64,000 nucleotides of DNA from positions 1,504,001 through 1,568,000 of the forward strand of contig CAWCYD010000003.1 of assembly GCA_963799775.1 (NCBI GenBank). Reading direction: 5' to 3'. Source of the stretch: an uncultured archaeon (GTDB lineage Archaea > Thermoproteota > Nitrososphaeria > Nitrososphaerales > Gagatemarchaeaceae). The stretch's first letter is position 1; each line of letters begins with the position of its first letter. The notes beneath the pieces are model-generated. The model was not told the DNA's origin, made no database searches, and was given only the letters and a program-made list of their open reading frames with translations. The position numbers and the translations under genes are program-made. This document shows positions 22,697-33,093 of the stretch, piece by piece.

Positions 22697-24865
22697 CTAG
22701 TATAGCGTCGCGAAGTACTCGGGCCCCACGCCGTTGGCCGCCGCGCTGCCCAGTGCCGGGTTCCAGTAGAGCCCCTTTACGTTCGACGTCATCGTCACGA
22801 AGTTGACGTTGTCGTAAGTCCAGAGGTACATGACCTCCTTGTTCGAGAGCACGTTCATCTGATTGCTGTCAGAGACGAGCGCCTTTAGGTTACCAGACGC
22901 GCTCGCGTTGAGGCTCGCGTGGTAGAGGTTCGTGATGGCGGCGTAGTTCATCGCGTCACCGCCTGGGTACGTACCCGGATACGCCAGCATGTTGCCTGTG
23001 AAGTCGAGCACCCACGGGTAGTCGTCGATCCACCCGAAGGAGTACATGTAGAGGTGGTTGGGGACGGAGAACGCCTCTGTGAGCTCTTGCCCGGCTGGAA
23101 TAGGATCCACTGACACCGTCAGACCCATGTTGTAGGTCGTGCTGATGTTGTTGATGGTCCCTGCGATGTCGTTGAAGATCGCCTCGTCGCTCGTGTCGCC
23201 CGTCGCGTAGGTCAGCTGGATGGTCTGCGGGGTCGGGTTGGAGCACGTTCCGGTGCTCCCGAGGCTGGAGCAGCCGAAGGCGTTGTTGAACAAGCTCGAC
23301 GGGGCAGCCGTCCCGTTCGTGAAGTGGAACGAGGTTATCGGGTGCTCCATGGCCTGCAGCAGGAGCTGCGCGGACGTGTCGGGGCTGTAGCTGTAGGCCG
23401 GGGTTATGCTAGAGTTGTACGAGCCGGCAGGGGGGAGCCCAGGAGGAATCACGTTAGGCGCCACCTGTCCAAGCTTGTCAGCGTTGCTGACCCACTCTGA
23501 GGTCATGTTGACGGCGTCCGCGAAAGCCAGACGGAATCTTTGGTCAGCGAAGGGCTGGAACGAGTAGTAGTTGCCAGTCAGCGCGCTCGTCACGTTCGTG
23601 GAGTACGGGTCGAAGGTCACGCCGAGGAACGGGTAGGGCCCGTAGACAGAGACCCCGTTCAGAGTCGACTGGAGCGTCCCATTGGCCAGCCAGGTGGCCT
23701 TGTTGGCCACGTCGTAGAGGTTGGTGCTCTCGACGTCGATCGCCATCGCGGATCCGGCGGACTTCGCCGCGTTCTGGATGTCGATCTCCCTCGTCGTCTG
23801 GTCGGCCACGAACTTGAAGACGATGGTCTTGATCTGCGGGCTGATCTTAGCGCCTGCAGGCGTCATGAACTGGTAAGGCCCGCCCCAATAGTTGGGGTTC
23901 GCCGCCAGAGTTATCGTGCTCGTCGCCGTGTCGTCGCTAGTTATCGTGTAAGGCCCAGTCCCAGCCATCGAGCCCTGCGGGGCCGTGCTGAGGTAGGTCG
24001 CCCCACATCCCGCAGGCGTCGCGGAGCCTGTGGCGTTGCAGGTCGCCGAGAGGTCGTCGAAGTACTGGGTTGCCTTTTGTGTGAAGTTGCCGCTCAAAGT
24101 GGCATAGGGCAGCTTGTAGCCCGCGCTCGAGGCAGTCCAGAGCGCCAGGTCGTGAGTCATCGTGTATCCAGGAGCCACCGGGTCGACGATGGGGTTGGCG
24201 AACAGGTATGGGAACGCAATGTTCGGGTTCATCACGTTGACGTTGAAGGTGAGCGTGCCGGTTGTCTGGATGAAGTTGGCCTTTAGCCACTCAGCCACAT
24301 AGGAGTTCCCATAGGTCTGACCAGGGTTGAAGAACGAGCTCAGCGACTGGTTCGAGAGCTGCTGGATGAGCCAGCCCGACTGGGTGCCGTGACCCACCGG
24401 GGAGCTCCCGTCGTTGATGAGCGCCCTCGTGATGGCGAACCAGACCGCCGTGGAGTTCAGGGCCTCGCCGTCCGCGAACTTGATGCCGCTGCGCAGCGTG
24501 AACTGGTATTGCGTCCCGGCCGCGTTGCCCGTGTAGCTCTGCGCGAGCCAGGGGATCACGTTCGTAGCGTTGGCCTGGTTATACCAGAGGATCGGCTCAT
24601 ACACGTTCTGCATTATGTTGTAGTCGTAAGAGTAATACGAGATCGCAGGGTCGATATATTGGATCGTCTCGGCCGACTCGTAGGTGAGGGTAGTCGGGAC
24701 GGCTCCAGTGCCCGTCCCTGTCCCCGATGACGAGGATGAAGTGGATGAGCTCGAGGAGCTCTTGGAGGAGTAATATGCCACTCCAGCCACCACCACGATC
24801 AGCAGGATGACAACCACCGCGACCGCGGCTATTGTCCTAGAAAGAGCAGCCCGTTTGCGGTCCAT
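22697..24865 (-). CDS. oppA: Family 5 peptide-binding protein with class III signal peptide and Ser/Thr linker
   Basis: IDPA..NVYEPI, FTLRSGIKFADG, GTGPY, NPNYWG, PFADQRFRLA. Confidence 0.9.
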   Translation of the reverse strand: MDRKRAALSRTIAAVAVVVILLIVVVAGVAYYSSKSSSSSSTSSSSSGTGTGTGAVPTTLTYESAETIQYIDPAISYYSYDYNIMQNVYEPILWYNQANATNVIPWLAQSYTGNAAGTQYQFTLRSGIKFADGEALNSTAVWFAITRALINDGSSPVGHGTQSGWLIQQLSNQSLSSFFNPGQTYGNSYVAEWLKANFIQTTGTLTFNVNVMNPNIAFPYLFANPIVDPVAPGYTMTHDLALWTASSAGYKLPYATLSGNFTQKATQYFDDLSATCNATGSATPAGCGATYLSTAPQGSMAGTGPYTITSDDTATSTITLAANPNYWGGPYQFMTPAGAKISPQIKTIVFKFVADQTTREIDIQNAAKSAGSAMAIDVESTNLYDVANKATWLANGTLQSTLNGVSVYGPYPFLGVTFDPYSTNVTSALTGNYYSFQPFADQRFRLAFADAVNMTSEWVSNADKLGQVAPNVIPPGLPPAGSYNSSITPAYSYSPDTSAQLLLQAMEHPITSFHFTNGTAAPSSLFNNAFGCSSLGSTGTCSNPTPQTIQLTYATGDTSDEAIFNDIAGTINNISTTYNMGLTVSVDPIPAGQELTEAFSVPNHLYMYSFGWIDDYPWVLDFTGNMLAYPGTYPGGDAMNYAAITNLYHASLNASASGNLKALVSDSNQMNVLSNKEVMYLWTYDNVNFVTMTSNVKGLYWNPALGSAAANGVGPEYFATLY

Positions 24866-25027
24866 TATCATCAGAACCAGAACGCTCCAAGCGCAGAAAC
24901 GGCCTTGTCGAATATAAAAATCTTCCAAACTCTGTGCTGCGGCGACATGTGAAAGAGGGCCGGTTGGGCTAATTCAGCGAGAAGTCATTATTCTCTATAT
25001 ATCGCTGAAAAGACGGGCCGCGCTGGA

Positions 25028-25147
25028 GCAGAGGTCGCCTAGCCTGGTAGGGCGAAGGATAGGATTCGGGTGTAACAGCCCTAGTCCCCTGAGTGCTAAT
25101 CCTTTGTCCGCAAGGATTCGTGGGTTCGAATCCCACCCTCTGCGCCA
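25028..25147 (+). tRNA. tRNA-Ser(GCT) with 33-nt intron at 32/33 (25061-25093), CCA encoded
   Basis: GCAGAGG/CCTCTGC acceptor, AAGGA/TCCTT anticodon stem, long variable arm, TTCGAAT T-loop. Confidence 0.88.
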
Positions 25148-25148
25148 T

Positions 25149-25479
25149 CTACTCTAGTTTGCTGAAGAAGCAGCTGTGTTTTCCCGTGTGGCAGGCCGGG
25201 CCTACTTGGTCGACGACGTAGAGCAGAGTGTCGTTGTCGCAGTCCACCAACACGCGCTTCACCTTCTGGATGTGGCCCGAGGTGTCCCCCTTCTTCCAGA
25301 GCTCGTTTCTGCTCCTGCTCCAGTAGGTCGCGAGCTTGGTCTTCATCGTCGTCTCGACAGCCTCTCGGTTTGCGTAGGCGAGCATCAGGCAGCTTCCCGG
25401 TCTTTGCCTCCTGGGTAACTACGGGGACCAGGCCGTTCCCCTTCTTGAAATCAATCTCGTCTATCTTTGAAGCTTTCAA
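25149..25479 (-). CDS. hisI: Phosphoribosyl-AMP cyclohydrolase (frameshift)
   Basis: [38 protein letters not shown]. Confidence 0.93.
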
Positions 25480-25601
25480 GGTAAATCGTTGACTGCTGAC
25501 CCGTGCGAGATTGGAGGGTAATAAGGGATATCAGCCGTTTTCGCGCCCTTCAAACGTGCACATCTACCCCGGGCCTGCAGACTGGGGATGAGGTTCGTAG
25601 A

Positions 25602-26030
25602 CTAGTTTCGGACTGGCATCCGCGAGCAATGGGTCGCCAGCTGCTCAAGATAGTAGCCCCAGCCAACAAAGAGGCTGAACGCGTTCCCGCCGATTCCTGA
25701 ATGGACGAGGGTGACCAGGGTCTTCCCGTCCAAACCTTCCTCGAGGGTCCATGTGAGCAGCGACGGAGGCGAGCCTGGTGCCTCCCGGCTCGAGGCGAAG
25801 GTGTAGACGAGCTTCTTGTCGGGCACGAGTTCGACGATCTTGCCCCTAGCGGTGGTCTCGAGATTCTTCGCCGCCTGATAGAAATTGAACTCATACTCGC
25901 CGCCCACCCTTGCGTCCATCTTGGCGCTCCTCGGCATCCATTGGACGAGCTCCTTCTCGTCGGTCAGCGCCTTGAAAATCACCGAGGCCGGCGCGTCGAC
26001 CAAGATCGACTTTGTCAACTCGCCGGACAT
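25602..26030 (-). CDS. SRPBCC/AHSA1 domain protein
   Basis: IFKALTD..L..W..DARVGG..T.VTLVH..GW..YLEQL. Confidence 0.88.
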   Translation of the reverse strand: MSGELTKSILVDAPASVIFKALTDEKELVQWMPRSAKMDARVGGEYEFNFYQAAKNLETTARGKIVELVPDKKLVYTFASSREAPGSPPSLLTWTLEEGLDGKTLVTLVHSGIGGNAFSLFVGWGYYLEQLATHCSRMPVRN

Positions 26031-26035
26031 CCTGC

Positions 26036-26348
26036 CTATTCGCGCCTCCTTGCTGCTTTGGACTCTGCATGGCGTTTCAGGCTCGAGAGGGCGTCGTCCC
26101 AGAACCCCTCAAAGAAGAGCATCATCTCCGACATCTTCTCCCTGTTGACAGAGTATAGTCGGTGCTGGCCCACCTTCCTCTCCCGCACGAGGTCTGCATC
26201 TCTCAAGACCCGGAGGTGCGTAGAAAGGGCAGCCATCGAGAAGTCGAAGCTCTTCGACATCTCGGTGGGGGTCTTCTCGCCATCCTTGAGGAGCAGGAGG
26301 CACCTGCCTCCTGCTCCCGTCAGCGACGGCCTTCCAAGAGTTCCCCAA
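26036..26348 (-). CDS. ArsR/SmtB regulator (frameshift)
   Basis: KAVADGSRRQ..ALSTHLRVLRDADLV..KVGQHRLYS. Confidence 0.88.
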
Positions 26349-26356
26349 CGGCGCTG

Positions 26357-26767
26357 CTACCAGGCCTGCTTCGCTGCCATCTGGAGGAGCGCGAAAGCAT
26401 TACCGTCGGGGTCAGTGAAATTGGCTTGGATGCCATAGGGGTATTCCGCAGGTTTGCTTTGGGCGAACCTGACGCCCCGAGACTTTAGCTCCTCGAAATC
26501 CTTCTTGCAGTCATTGGTCTGAAACGTCCATTGGGTTCCCCCCGCCGGCTGAACCTGGATCTGGCCTCCCTTCGGGTCTGGATACGAGCCGGCCTGGACG
26601 AGAGCGATCTCGATGTCCTGCCCCTTCGGCGCGACGGTCACCCACCTAACGCCTGTCGGGCCCGTGAAATCGGACCGCTTCTCCAATCCCAGCGATTTTG
26701 TGTAAAACTCGACCGCCTTTGCCTGGTCCTTCACAACCACGCCTACTACTGTCAGCTTCTCGATCAT
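26357..26767 (-). CDS. VOC/glyoxalase family protein
   Basis: VKDQAKAVEFYTKSLG..FTDPDGN. Confidence 0.9.
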   Translation of the reverse strand: MIEKLTVVGVVVKDQAKAVEFYTKSLGLEKRSDFTGPTGVRWVTVAPKGQDIEIALVQAGSYPDPKGGQIQVQPAGGTQWTFQTNDCKKDFEELKSRGVRFAQSKPAEYPYGIQANFTDPDGNAFALLQMAAKQAW

Positions 26768-26783
26768 AACGCCTAGTAATATT

Positions 26784-26805
26784 TCAATATATATTTAACT
26801 ATTGA
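26784..26805. promoter_or_regulatory. Probable ArsR operator overlapping the TATA box
   Basis: TCAATA-N10-TATTGA inverted repeat in an AT-rich patch upstream of the VOC-ArsR-SRPBCC genes. Confidence 0.55.
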
Positions 26806-26808
26806 TGT

Positions 26809-27567
26809 TCAAGGTCTGACCACTACCCCGTTCGCTGCCAGGTAGTCTTTGACCTGCCCTACGGTGAGCTCCCTATAGTGAAAGAGCGAAGCGGCAAGCG
26901 CGGCGTCGCATCCGCCCTCTACGAACGCGTCGAGGAAGTGCCTCAGCGTCCCGGCACCCCCGCTGGCTATGACTGGGATCCGCACTTTCTCCGTTATCGA
27001 CTTCAGGAGCTCGATGTCGTATCCCTTCTTTGTCCCGTCACGGTCTATCGAGGTGACGAGGAGCTCGCCCGCGCCGAGTTTCTCCGCCTTTTTCGCCCAG
27101 ACCACGGCATCGACTTCTGCGGCCTTTGTCGCAGAGTGGCTGAAGACCTGGTATCCGTTCTTTCCTCGCCTGGCGTCGATGGCTACGACCACACACTGCG
27201 AGCCGAACACCTCCGCCAGCTTCGTGATGAGCTCCGGATTTTGAAGGGCCGCCGTGTTCACGGCCACCTTGTCAGCCCCGCTTGCGAGCGCGAGCCGCGC
27301 GTCGGCCATGCTCCTTATCCCGCCTCCCACAGTGAAGGGGATGTCTAACTTGGCAGCGACGCTCCTCACAAGCGAGCGCAGCGTCGCCCTCTTCTCAAGG
27401 CTCGCAGTGATGTCAAGGAAGACGACCTCGTCTGCTCCCTCATCCCTGTAGCGGGATGACAACTCGACCGGGTCGCCAGCGTCTCTAAGGCCCTCGAACT
27501 TGACCCCCTTCACGACCCTCCCGTTCTTCACGTCTAGGCAGGGGACGATTCGCTTCGCAAGCGTCAT
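26809..27567 (-). CDS. hisF: Imidazole glycerol phosphate synthase, cyclase subunit
   Basis: KRIVPCLDV, FLDITAS, TSIDRDGT, ALAASLFH. Confidence 0.96.
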   Translation of the reverse strand: MTLAKRIVPCLDVKNGRVVKGVKFEGLRDAGDPVELSSRYRDEGADEVVFLDITASLEKRATLRSLVRSVAAKLDIPFTVGGGIRSMADARLALASGADKVAVNTAALQNPELITKLAEVFGSQCVVVAIDARRGKNGYQVFSHSATKAAEVDAVVWAKKAEKLGAGELLVTSIDRDGTKKGYDIELLKSITEKVRIPVIASGGAGTLRHFLDAFVEGGCDAALAASLFHYRELTVGQVKDYLAANGVVVRP

Positions 27568-28289
27568 GGTCTGACTCCCACGAGCGCCCTGGCTTCCTTG
27601 AGCTTGACCCCTCCATCGTAGAGGGCCCGCCCTATGATCGCGCCTGCCGCACCTCGCTTCTCGATCTCCTTGAGGTCCTGGGCGTTCCTGATTCCTCCAG
27701 AAGCCAATATCCTCAGACTTCGGAGGGCGCAGAGCGACTCCAACGTCCCAATGTCTGGGCCTGTAGCCATCCCGTCCTGTCCCACCGACGTCGCGAGCAG
27801 GTTCACTACGCCCGCCGCCTCTAACATCGTGGCCGCCTCGAGCACCGTGATGTTCTGGCTCTGGGTCCAACCTCTCGTCACGACCTTGCCTCCCGAGTAA
27901 TCCGAGGCCACGACTATCTTCTCCGGGCCGTATTTCACGAGGAGCTTAGCGAGCGTGTCTGGGCCCTTGTAGGCCAGCGTCCCAAGGATCACCCTCTCTG
28001 CGCCGCTCTTCAGCCAGAAATCCACGTCCGCGGCCGACCTGACGCCTCCCCCGACCTCCACCGGGATCTTTGCTCCCCGGATGATTGCCAGGATGGTCTC
28101 GCGGTTGGAGCCCTTGCCGAACGCCGCGTCCAAGTCCACGATGTGCAGCCCGTCGGCGCCTTCGCGCTCCCATCGCGCCGCGACCTCCAGAGGCTCCTGC
28201 TTCCAGGTCGTCTTCATCTCTTCTTTTCCCTGCTTCAGCGTGACGGCCGACCCCCCGAGGAGGTCGATTGCAGCCCACAGTTGCAGCAA
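27564..28289 (-). CDS. hisA: ProFAR isomerase
   Basis: AIDL..G, LHIVDLDAA, VGGGVR, ASGGI, IIGRALY. Confidence 0.95.
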   Translation of the reverse strand: MLQLWAAIDLLGGSAVTLKQGKEEMKTTWKQEPLEVAARWEREGADGLHIVDLDAAFGKGSNRETILAIIRGAKIPVEVGGGVRSAADVDFWLKSGAERVILGTLAYKGPDTLAKLLVKYGPEKIVVASDYSGGKVVTRGWTQSQNITVLEAATMLEAAGVVNLLATSVGQDGMATGPDIGTLESLCALRSLRILASGGIRNAQDLKEIEKRGAAGAIIGRALYDGGVKLKEARALVGVRP

Positions 28290-28293
28290 GGTG

Positions 28294-28890
28294 CTACCTC
28301 TTCACCGAGCTCAGGAAGTTCTGGAGGATGCGCCTACCAGTGTCGCCCGACTTTTCCGGGTGGAACTGGGTTCCGTAGACGTTCTTGTCTTGGGCGAGCG
28401 CCGGGAACTCCACCCCGTACATGGTGGTCGCGACGACGAAATCCCCCTTGGTCGCAGGGTAGTAGGAGTTGACGTAGTAGACCCAGGCCTCCTCGGGAAG
28501 CCCGTCTGTCAGGTCGGTCTCCCTCTTCACCTTGAGCGTGTTCCAGCCTATCTGGGGAGCCTTCACCTCTGCAGAGCGGAACTTCCTCACGTCCCCGGGG
28601 AAGAGAGACAGCCCTCGTCCCGGGCCTTCCTCGCTCTTGGAGAAGAATAGCTGGAGGCCTAAGCAGACGCCGAGCATCGGCTTGCCGGAGCGGACGACGT
28701 CCCGTATCTTTTGCATTGGGAGCATGCCCGCGGCTTGGTTGAAGCTCCCGACACCCGGAAGGACCAGGGCGTCCGCTTGCTCCATGCCATTGCCGTCCTT
28801 GGTGAGCGACGTCTTCGCACCTTCTTTTCTGAGCGCCGCCTGGATGCTGAAGAGGTTCCCAGCACCATAGTTGAAGACCTGGATGCGCAT
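28294..28890 (-). CDS. hisH: IGP synthase glutaminase subunit
   Basis: LPGVG, GVCLGLQ, QFHPEKSG. Confidence 0.95.
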   Translation of the reverse strand: MRIQVFNYGAGNLFSIQAALRKEGAKTSLTKDGNGMEQADALVLPGVGSFNQAAGMLPMQKIRDVVRSGKPMLGVCLGLQLFFSKSEEGPGRGLSLFPGDVRKFRSAEVKAPQIGWNTLKVKRETDLTDGLPEEAWVYYVNSYYPATKGDFVVATTMYGVEFPALAQDKNVYGTQFHPEKSGDTGRRILQNFLSSVKR

Positions 28891-28900
28891 CGCGGGCTCC

Positions 28901-29489
28901 TCACATCGACCCTTTCGAGGAGGGTGGGGCCTTGATCTTGGCGCGGCGCGGGTCTTGCGAGGCCGCCTCCCGAAGGGCCAGCGCGAAGGCCTTCACAGCC
29001 GCCTCGAACTTGTGGTGGTCGTTGCTGCCGTCCAGCACCTTGACGTGGACGGTCGCCTCCAGAGATTGAGCGATCGAGGTGAAGAAGTGCTCGAGGTCCA
29101 TCCCTCGGCGCGTCCTCCAGCATCACCCTCTGCAGCTTGAGATTCACCGCGGAGTACGGGCGCTTCACCAGGTCCACCGCAGCAAGCGCTAGGCCGTCGT
29201 CCATGGGGACGATCGCGTCGCCGAACCTGCGGATTCCTACCCTCTCGCCCAGGGCTTTTGAGATTGCCTTGCCCAACGAGATGGCCACGTCCTCCACGAT
29301 GTGGTGGGTGAGGTCTCCCTTGGCCCTCACCGTCACGTCCATGAGGCTGTGCGTCGCGAACGAGTCGAGCATGTGGTCGAGGAAGCCTATCCCCGTCCTG
29401 GAGTCAGGCCTGCCTGTCCCGTCTATCTCTACGATGACAGTGATGTCTGTCTCCTTCGTCTTCCTCTTGATTTCGCCGTGTCTGGTCAT
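28901..29489 (-). CDS. hisB: Imidazoleglycerol-phosphate dehydratase (frameshift)
   Basis: RKTKETDI, FLDHML, HHIVEDV, NDHHKFEA. Confidence 0.94.
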
Positions 29490-30625
29490 CGTCCGCTCAC
29501 CTCGCCTTTCGGCGCAAGCAATAACCCTGACGGGACCTGGTTGACCGTCTCGACTATGACGTCTGAGCCCTCCCGCTCGAAGAACGCGGCCTGGTCGGAC
29601 TTGACGGGCGAGGTCTGGTAGACTCCCGCGAACAGGAACCCCTCGAGTCCTTGCTCTCTAGCGTTCTTGACCGTCAGGAGGTTCATCCGCTGAGTCCCCG
29701 ACGTAGAGGATGGTGTCCGAGGAGAGCTTCTCCTTCGCCCTGATGAGCGCATCGGGGTTTGGCTTCCTGAATTTGTCGTACTCGGGCCTGAGCGAGGGGT
29801 TGATGTCCGCGTCGCCGATGAACATCGACGCCTTCTTGTCGAAGAAGCTCATTATCCTCCTCCCGAGGGAGTAGTCAGTCCCCAGGAACGGTCTCCCGGT
29901 CAAGACTGCGAGCCGGCCCTCTCCGAGCTTCCTTGTGAGCGTCTCGAGCGTCTTGACTGTGACCAGGGCGCGCTCCAGCTCGATCAGGCCCCGGAAGCGA
30001 GGGTTGCTCGGCGGGACTCCGTGCATCTTGCGGAACAGGGAGTCTCCGAAGTAGAGCTCGTCGAAGATGGTCGTCATCCTCCCGTTGGGAGGCGTCTCGG
30101 GGTATCCGAGATACCTACGCGTTCGGCCGAGAGTCTTCTCGGACGACGGGAACTTCTCGTCGAGGAAGGAGTCCACTGCTTCCTGTCCTCTTCCCCTCGG
30201 GGCCGACCCGAACTCAGCGACAATGCTCGTCAGGGCCTCGATGGCTCCGGTCGCGTCCTTCTTCCCTTCGAGCGCGATGGTCGCGAACAAGGTGAGCGCG
30301 TAGCTCGTGTCCCAGTCGCTGTTGAAACCCCCCGTCCTCCTGATCGTTGAGATGAGCTTGGGGGCGGACCTCGTCAAAGCGAGCTTCACGCCCGTTATCT
30401 CCTCGACCATGGTCTCCACTACGACCCTTATCGTCACGTCGTAGGCAGCCTTCGAGCGTCTATCAGGACCCCATCGCAGTCGAAGACGACGGCGTCGACT
30501 CTTGCAAGGAGTTCCCTTGACGTGCTCCTGACCGAGAACTTCTTTCCTCCGGGCCCTTGCAGGCGCACGTAGCGTCGCGCGTCGAGGCGCCTCTGGAGAG
30601 CGCTCTTGCTACTCCGTCGCATCAT
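29486..30625 (-). CDS. HAD-family hydrolase, candidate histidinol-phosphate phosphatase (two frameshifts)
   Basis: FDCDGVLID, GGFNSDWD, KPNP, YVGDS; between hisD and hisB. Confidence 0.75.
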
Positions 30626-31935
30626 GACTTTCGAAACCTCGACTGCGCCGACAGGTAGTGGTTGGGCAGGCCCTCTGCGAGAGCGAGCTCCTTGAGCGAA
30701 GGCAGCAGCGTCTTCAGGCCCTGCCTCGTCCCCTCGACGACCCAGCCCACCTTCACAAAGTCGAGCACGCTCAGGCCCGAGCGCAGCTTCGCCACTCCCT
30801 CGGTGGGGAGCACGTGGTCGGTCCCGATGACGTAGTCGCTCGCGGCCCCCGGCGCGTTCTCGCCGAGGAGGATGAGGCCTGCGTTCGAGATTGATTCTGC
30901 GGCCGTCCTGGGCGCATCCACCATCAACTCCAGGTGCTCGGGGGCGAGCTGGTTGACGAGCTCGATCGCAACTTCACGGTCCTTGCACACCGCCGCGAAG
31001 CCCTGCCTCAGGCATCCCATCACGAAATCCTTCCGCTGCAGTTTGGGTGAGACTTGCTCGACGACCTTCTTGACGGCTTTCGCGACCCGCTCGTCCCAGG
31101 TGACGAGGCCGCAGATGCTGTCCACGCCGTGCTCGGCCTGCCCCATCAGGTCCCACGCCATCAAGCGGGGGTCCGCATTTGCGTCCCCGACGACCACCAT
31201 CTCTGTAGGCCCTGCCAAGAAATCGATCGGGACGTCGGTGGAGACGAGCTTCTTCGCCGCAGAGACATAGAGGCCCCCGGGGCCTACGATCTTGGAGACC
31301 TTCGGGATGCTCTCCGTCCCGTATGCCATGGCGGCGATGGATTGAGCACCGCCAACTCGGTAGACCGCGTCCACGCCACAGAGCTTTGCAGCCGCCAGGA
31401 TTGCGTCGCTGACCGGCGCGCCTTTCTCCTTGGACGGAGGTGTGCAGATGACGACCCTCTTCACCCCTGCGAGCTTTGCCAGGCCTGCCGTCATGAGGAC
31501 CGTGCTCGCGTAGGAAGCCCTCCCTCCTGGGATGTAGCACCCCACCGAGTCCAGCGGGCGCACGGCGCACCTGATCACGTACCCGTCGGCGACATAGGAG
31601 AAGGGGAGCCTCGTGAGGAGCTGACCCTGCGTCCTCCTGATCCGCTGGAGCGCGAAGCGCATGGCGTCCAATAGCTTCGGACTCGCCCTGCCATAGGCCG
31701 CGGCGATCTCTTCTTTGGAGACGGCAAGCTCGTCGCTTGTGAGAGTGACACCGTCGAGCTTCCTCGAGTAGCGGAGGAGCGCGGCGTCTCCATCGTCCCA
31801 GACTGCCCGCACTATCTTCTCCGCACCTTTCAATGCCGAGTCGAGGCCAGCCGGTCTCGCCCTGATTCTTTCAGCGACCTTCTTGGCTTGTTTTTTGCTT
31901 TCGACTCGAACCAGGGGCAGTAGCTCGCTACTCAT
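30622..31935 (-). CDS. hisD: Histidinol dehydrogenase
   Basis: GCYIPGG, GGAQSIAA, QAEHG, APEHL, HVLPT. Confidence 0.96.
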   Translation of the reverse strand: MSSELLPLVRVESKKQAKKVAERIRARPAGLDSALKGAEKIVRAVWDDGDAALLRYSRKLDGVTLTSDELAVSKEEIAAAYGRASPKLLDAMRFALQRIRRTQGQLLTRLPFSYVADGYVIRCAVRPLDSVGCYIPGGRASYASTVLMTAGLAKLAGVKRVVICTPPSKEKGAPVSDAILAAAKLCGVDAVYRVGGAQSIAAMAYGTESIPKVSKIVGPGGLYVSAAKKLVSTDVPIDFLAGPTEMVVVGDANADPRLMAWDLMGQAEHGVDSICGLVTWDERVAKAVKKVVEQVSPKLQRKDFVMGCLRQGFAAVCKDREVAIELVNQLAPEHLELMVDAPRTAAESISNAGLILLGENAPGAASDYVIGTDHVLPTEGVAKLRSGLSVLDFVKVGWVVEGTRQGLKTLLPSLKELALAEGLPNHYLSAQSRFRKS

Positions 31936-32912
31936 TCCCGTCCCCGAACTCCTCGAGGGATAGGATGTTCTGCGGCTCGTGTATCACAAGGCCCTGGGCG
32001 AGCCTCTTCAGAGTTGGGAGCATTGCGTGCAGGTTCATTCTTGCTTATCACCGTGTTGACGTCATACCACCCCTTCTCCGACAGCGGGCTGACCGTGGGG
32101 CGCTTGAGGGCTGGAAGCTCCCTGAGTAGCTTGTCGAGGTTCTTCTCCCTGACGTTCACGAAGATGTGGAGCCGCTTCTGACCCTCGACGACCCCGCTCA
32201 GCATTATCTTGAGGTCCTTGATCTTCTCCCTCTTCCAGGGTCACTTCATCGCCTTCTTGTTCGCGACGAGCCACGCGGTCGAGCGCATCAGCGTGCCCAG
32301 CTGCTTGAGGTTGTTCTGCTCCAGCGTCGTCCCGGTCTCGGTGACGTCGACTATCATGTCGACGATCTCAGGGGGCTTCGCCTCCGTTGCGCCGAAAGAG
32401 AGATAGACCGCGGCCTTTGGGTTCGCGCCCTTCCTCCACCACGGGGTGATTATCATCGGCTCCTTCTTCCCGAACCGCCTCTTGTACGAGGGCTGCGAGG
32501 CCAGGTAGTCGGCCGTGATGTTGAGGTATTCCGCTGAGACCCGGAAGTCCTTCCCCTGCTTCCAGAAGCTCTCCATCAACTCGTCGACGCTCTCGTAGGG
32601 CTGCGACTTTGGCGTGGCCGCGACTAGTTTGACGCCGCCGAACTCCAGGTCGAGGACCTTCTCGACGCTAGCACCGGTCTCCGTTATCCAGTCGATTCCT
32701 GTGATGCCGACGTCTTGGATGCCGTCTGCCACGTAGAGGGGTATCTCCTGGGGCCTCAGGACGCGGAGCTCGACCTCGGGGTCGCCGAAGGCAGGGCGGT
32801 AGCTCCTGTCTTGACCTGAGATCTTATAATACGCCTTCTGGAAAATCTCTATGCTCTTCTGGCCGAGGTGGCCGTTGGGGATCGTGAGCTTCAGCTTCTT
32901 GTCTGTGGGCAT
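31932..32912 (-). CDS. hisG: ATP phosphoribosyltransferase, long form (two frameshifts)
   Basis: LRPQEIP, GITGIDW, FGATEAKPP, ETGTTL, LPALKRPTVSPL. Confidence 0.94.
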
Positions 32913-33093
32913 TCTAGGACGTCCCTCCGGTTCTCCGAATAGAGGTAGAAATTCTTGAGCCCGTCGAGGATTCGTTTGGGAAGCTTATTCGTGGGCCGAG
33001 AAGGCTAACGATGAACTAGACCAGCTCCGACGACCGTGAACTTCATCGCCTTCCATTATGCTCCACTGAAAATTTCGCCGCGCTGAATCATAT

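Noticed and set aside
26809-27870. N-terminally extended HisF (similar extensions in coaD, trpS, DUF1512, trxA)
   Set aside because: Extensions are open frames overlapping upstream genes or elements; conserved sequence starts at downstream codons
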